Part shown: positions 63,103 to 64,000 of the stretch, one piece after another
Layout of the letters: every line of letters starts with the position of its first letter
Numbering within the stretch: position 1 is the first letter of the stretch
NCBI GenBank assembly: GCA_021730225.1
Contig: CP072532.1
Location: 19,230 to 83,229 of the forward strand
Direction of reading: 5' to 3'
DNA length: 64,000 nucleotides
DNA from: Candidatus Vesicomyidisocius sp. Agig_15_S12
Lineage (GTDB): Bacteria; Pseudomonadota; Gammaproteobacteria; PS1; Pseudothioglobaceae
Program-made: the position numbers and the translations under genes
Notes under the pieces: model-generated
Told to the model about the DNA's origin: nothing
Seen by the model: the letters and a program-made list of their open reading frames with translations, nothing else
The model's database searches: none

Positions 63103-64000
63103 ATGATAGATAAAAAAATCCAAGTAGAAAGCTTATATAAAGAGAGTGAGCTGTGGGTGCAGAACCTAGGAGATAAAACCATTCATGCAAAACGCATGAA
63201 TGGAAAATTCCGTAATTTAAAATGGTTAGCTATTGTTGTTTGGTTGCCATTTTTTATAGGTCCGTATCTTACTTGGAACGACAAACAGGCTATTCTATTT
63301 GATATAGATAATAGGCAATATCACTTATTTAATATTACTATTTTTCCACAAGACATTTGGATGTTGACTATGGTATTGCTATTTTTATCTATTTTACTTG
63401 CAATAATGACCGCTGTTTTAGGTCGGATATTTTGTGGTTATTTTTGTTTTCAAACAATTTGGACAGATATTTTTACCAAAATAGAGCAATGGGTTGAAGG
63501 TACACCAGTACAACGTCGAAAGTTAGATAAAGAACCAGTGAGTTTTAATAAACTTAGACTCAAATTGGTCAAACACTCTATTTGGATAGCATTTGCACTT
63601 TTTTCTGGTATTAGTTGGATGCTGTATTTTGGTGTTACTTGGACTGATTATGTTAAGGGTGATGTTACCTCTACAACGATGGTCATTACTGCTATTATTG
63701 CATTTGGTGCTTATGTATTTGCTGGATTTATGAGAGAGCAAACTTGTTTGTGGATTTGTCCATATGCGCGTATTCAGGGGGCTATGGTTGATGAACAAAG
63801 CATTTTACCCACTTATGATTATTATCGTGGTGAGCGTCGTGGCAAACTTAAAAAAGGTGAGTTTGTTAAAGGTTTTGGTGATTGTATTGATTGTCATCAG
63901 TGTGTTGCTGTTTGCCCAACAGGTGTTGATATTCGAAAAGGCCAAGAGTATGGTTGTATTACTTGTGGGCTATGTATTGATGCTTGTGATTTGGTGATGG
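63103..64000 (+). CDS. ccoG: Cytochrome c oxidase accessory ferredoxin-like protein CcoG/FixG (3' end runs off window)
   Basis: Missing from the ORF track and translated by hand from ATG 63103: TIHAKRMNGKFRNLKW...FPQD...GRIFCGYFCFQTIWTD...EQTCLWICPYARIQGAM...DCIDCHQCVAVCPTGVDIRKG..CITCGLCIDAC. Confidence 0.96.
   Translation, partial: MIDKKIQVESLYKESELWVQNLGDKTIHAKRMNGKFRNLKWLAIVVWLPFFIGPYLTWNDKQAILFDIDNRQYHLFNITIFPQDIWMLTMVLLFLSILLAIMTAVLGRIFCGYFCFQTIWTDIFTKIEQWVEGTPVQRRKLDKEPVSFNKLRLKLVKHSIWIAFALFSGISWMLYFGVTWTDYVKGDVTSTTMVITAIIAFGAYVFAGFMREQTCLWICPYARIQGAMVDEQSILPTYDYYRGERRGKLKKGEFVKGFGDCIDCHQCVAVCPTGVDIRKGQEYGCITCGLCIDACDLVM

Overview
AT-rich (roughly 30% GC by eye, not computed) gammaproteobacterial chromosome segment made mostly of housekeeping genes. 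It carries ribF (partial), an alaC-[P-loop NTPase]-metA unit, purC, uppS-cdsA-dxr, hisF, a caa3-type cytochrome c oxidase cluster directly followed by ccoNOQP (perfect FNR box), ftsK, trxB, pyrB, ruvX, apbE, crcB, gshB, tRNA-fMet-rimP-nusA-infB-rbfA-truB, purD, dolP, rsmI, coaE, tkt-gap-pgk-pyk-fba, mnmG, tatD, rluC, ubiA, dapD and ccoG (partial), plus four tRNAs. The AT richness, gene content and many eroded genes suggest a genome-reducing chemoautotrophic endosymbiont of the SUP05/vesicomyid-clam type (Ca. Vesicomyosocius/Ruthia-like). That assignment is inference, not a database result. Manual translation of the 'intergenic' gaps shows recognisable gene remnants: lolA, rarA, yraN and rsmG. 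It also shows a fossil integrative element at tRNA-Met with a 44-bp att repeat, a dead tyrosine integrase and a dead CoiA-like gene, in which a signal-peptide-bearing thermonuclease has stayed intact. Other notable items are an unannotated 32-aa membrane ORF coupled to coxA, a candidate sRNA or leaderless peptide behind an extended -10 promoter, two long perfect palindromes, an uncharacterised kinase-like NTPase coupled to metA, and motif erosion in several RNA-modification enzymes. I found no CRISPR array or rRNA. Pseudogene calls come from by-eye motif matching and need HMM/tBLASTn confirmation.
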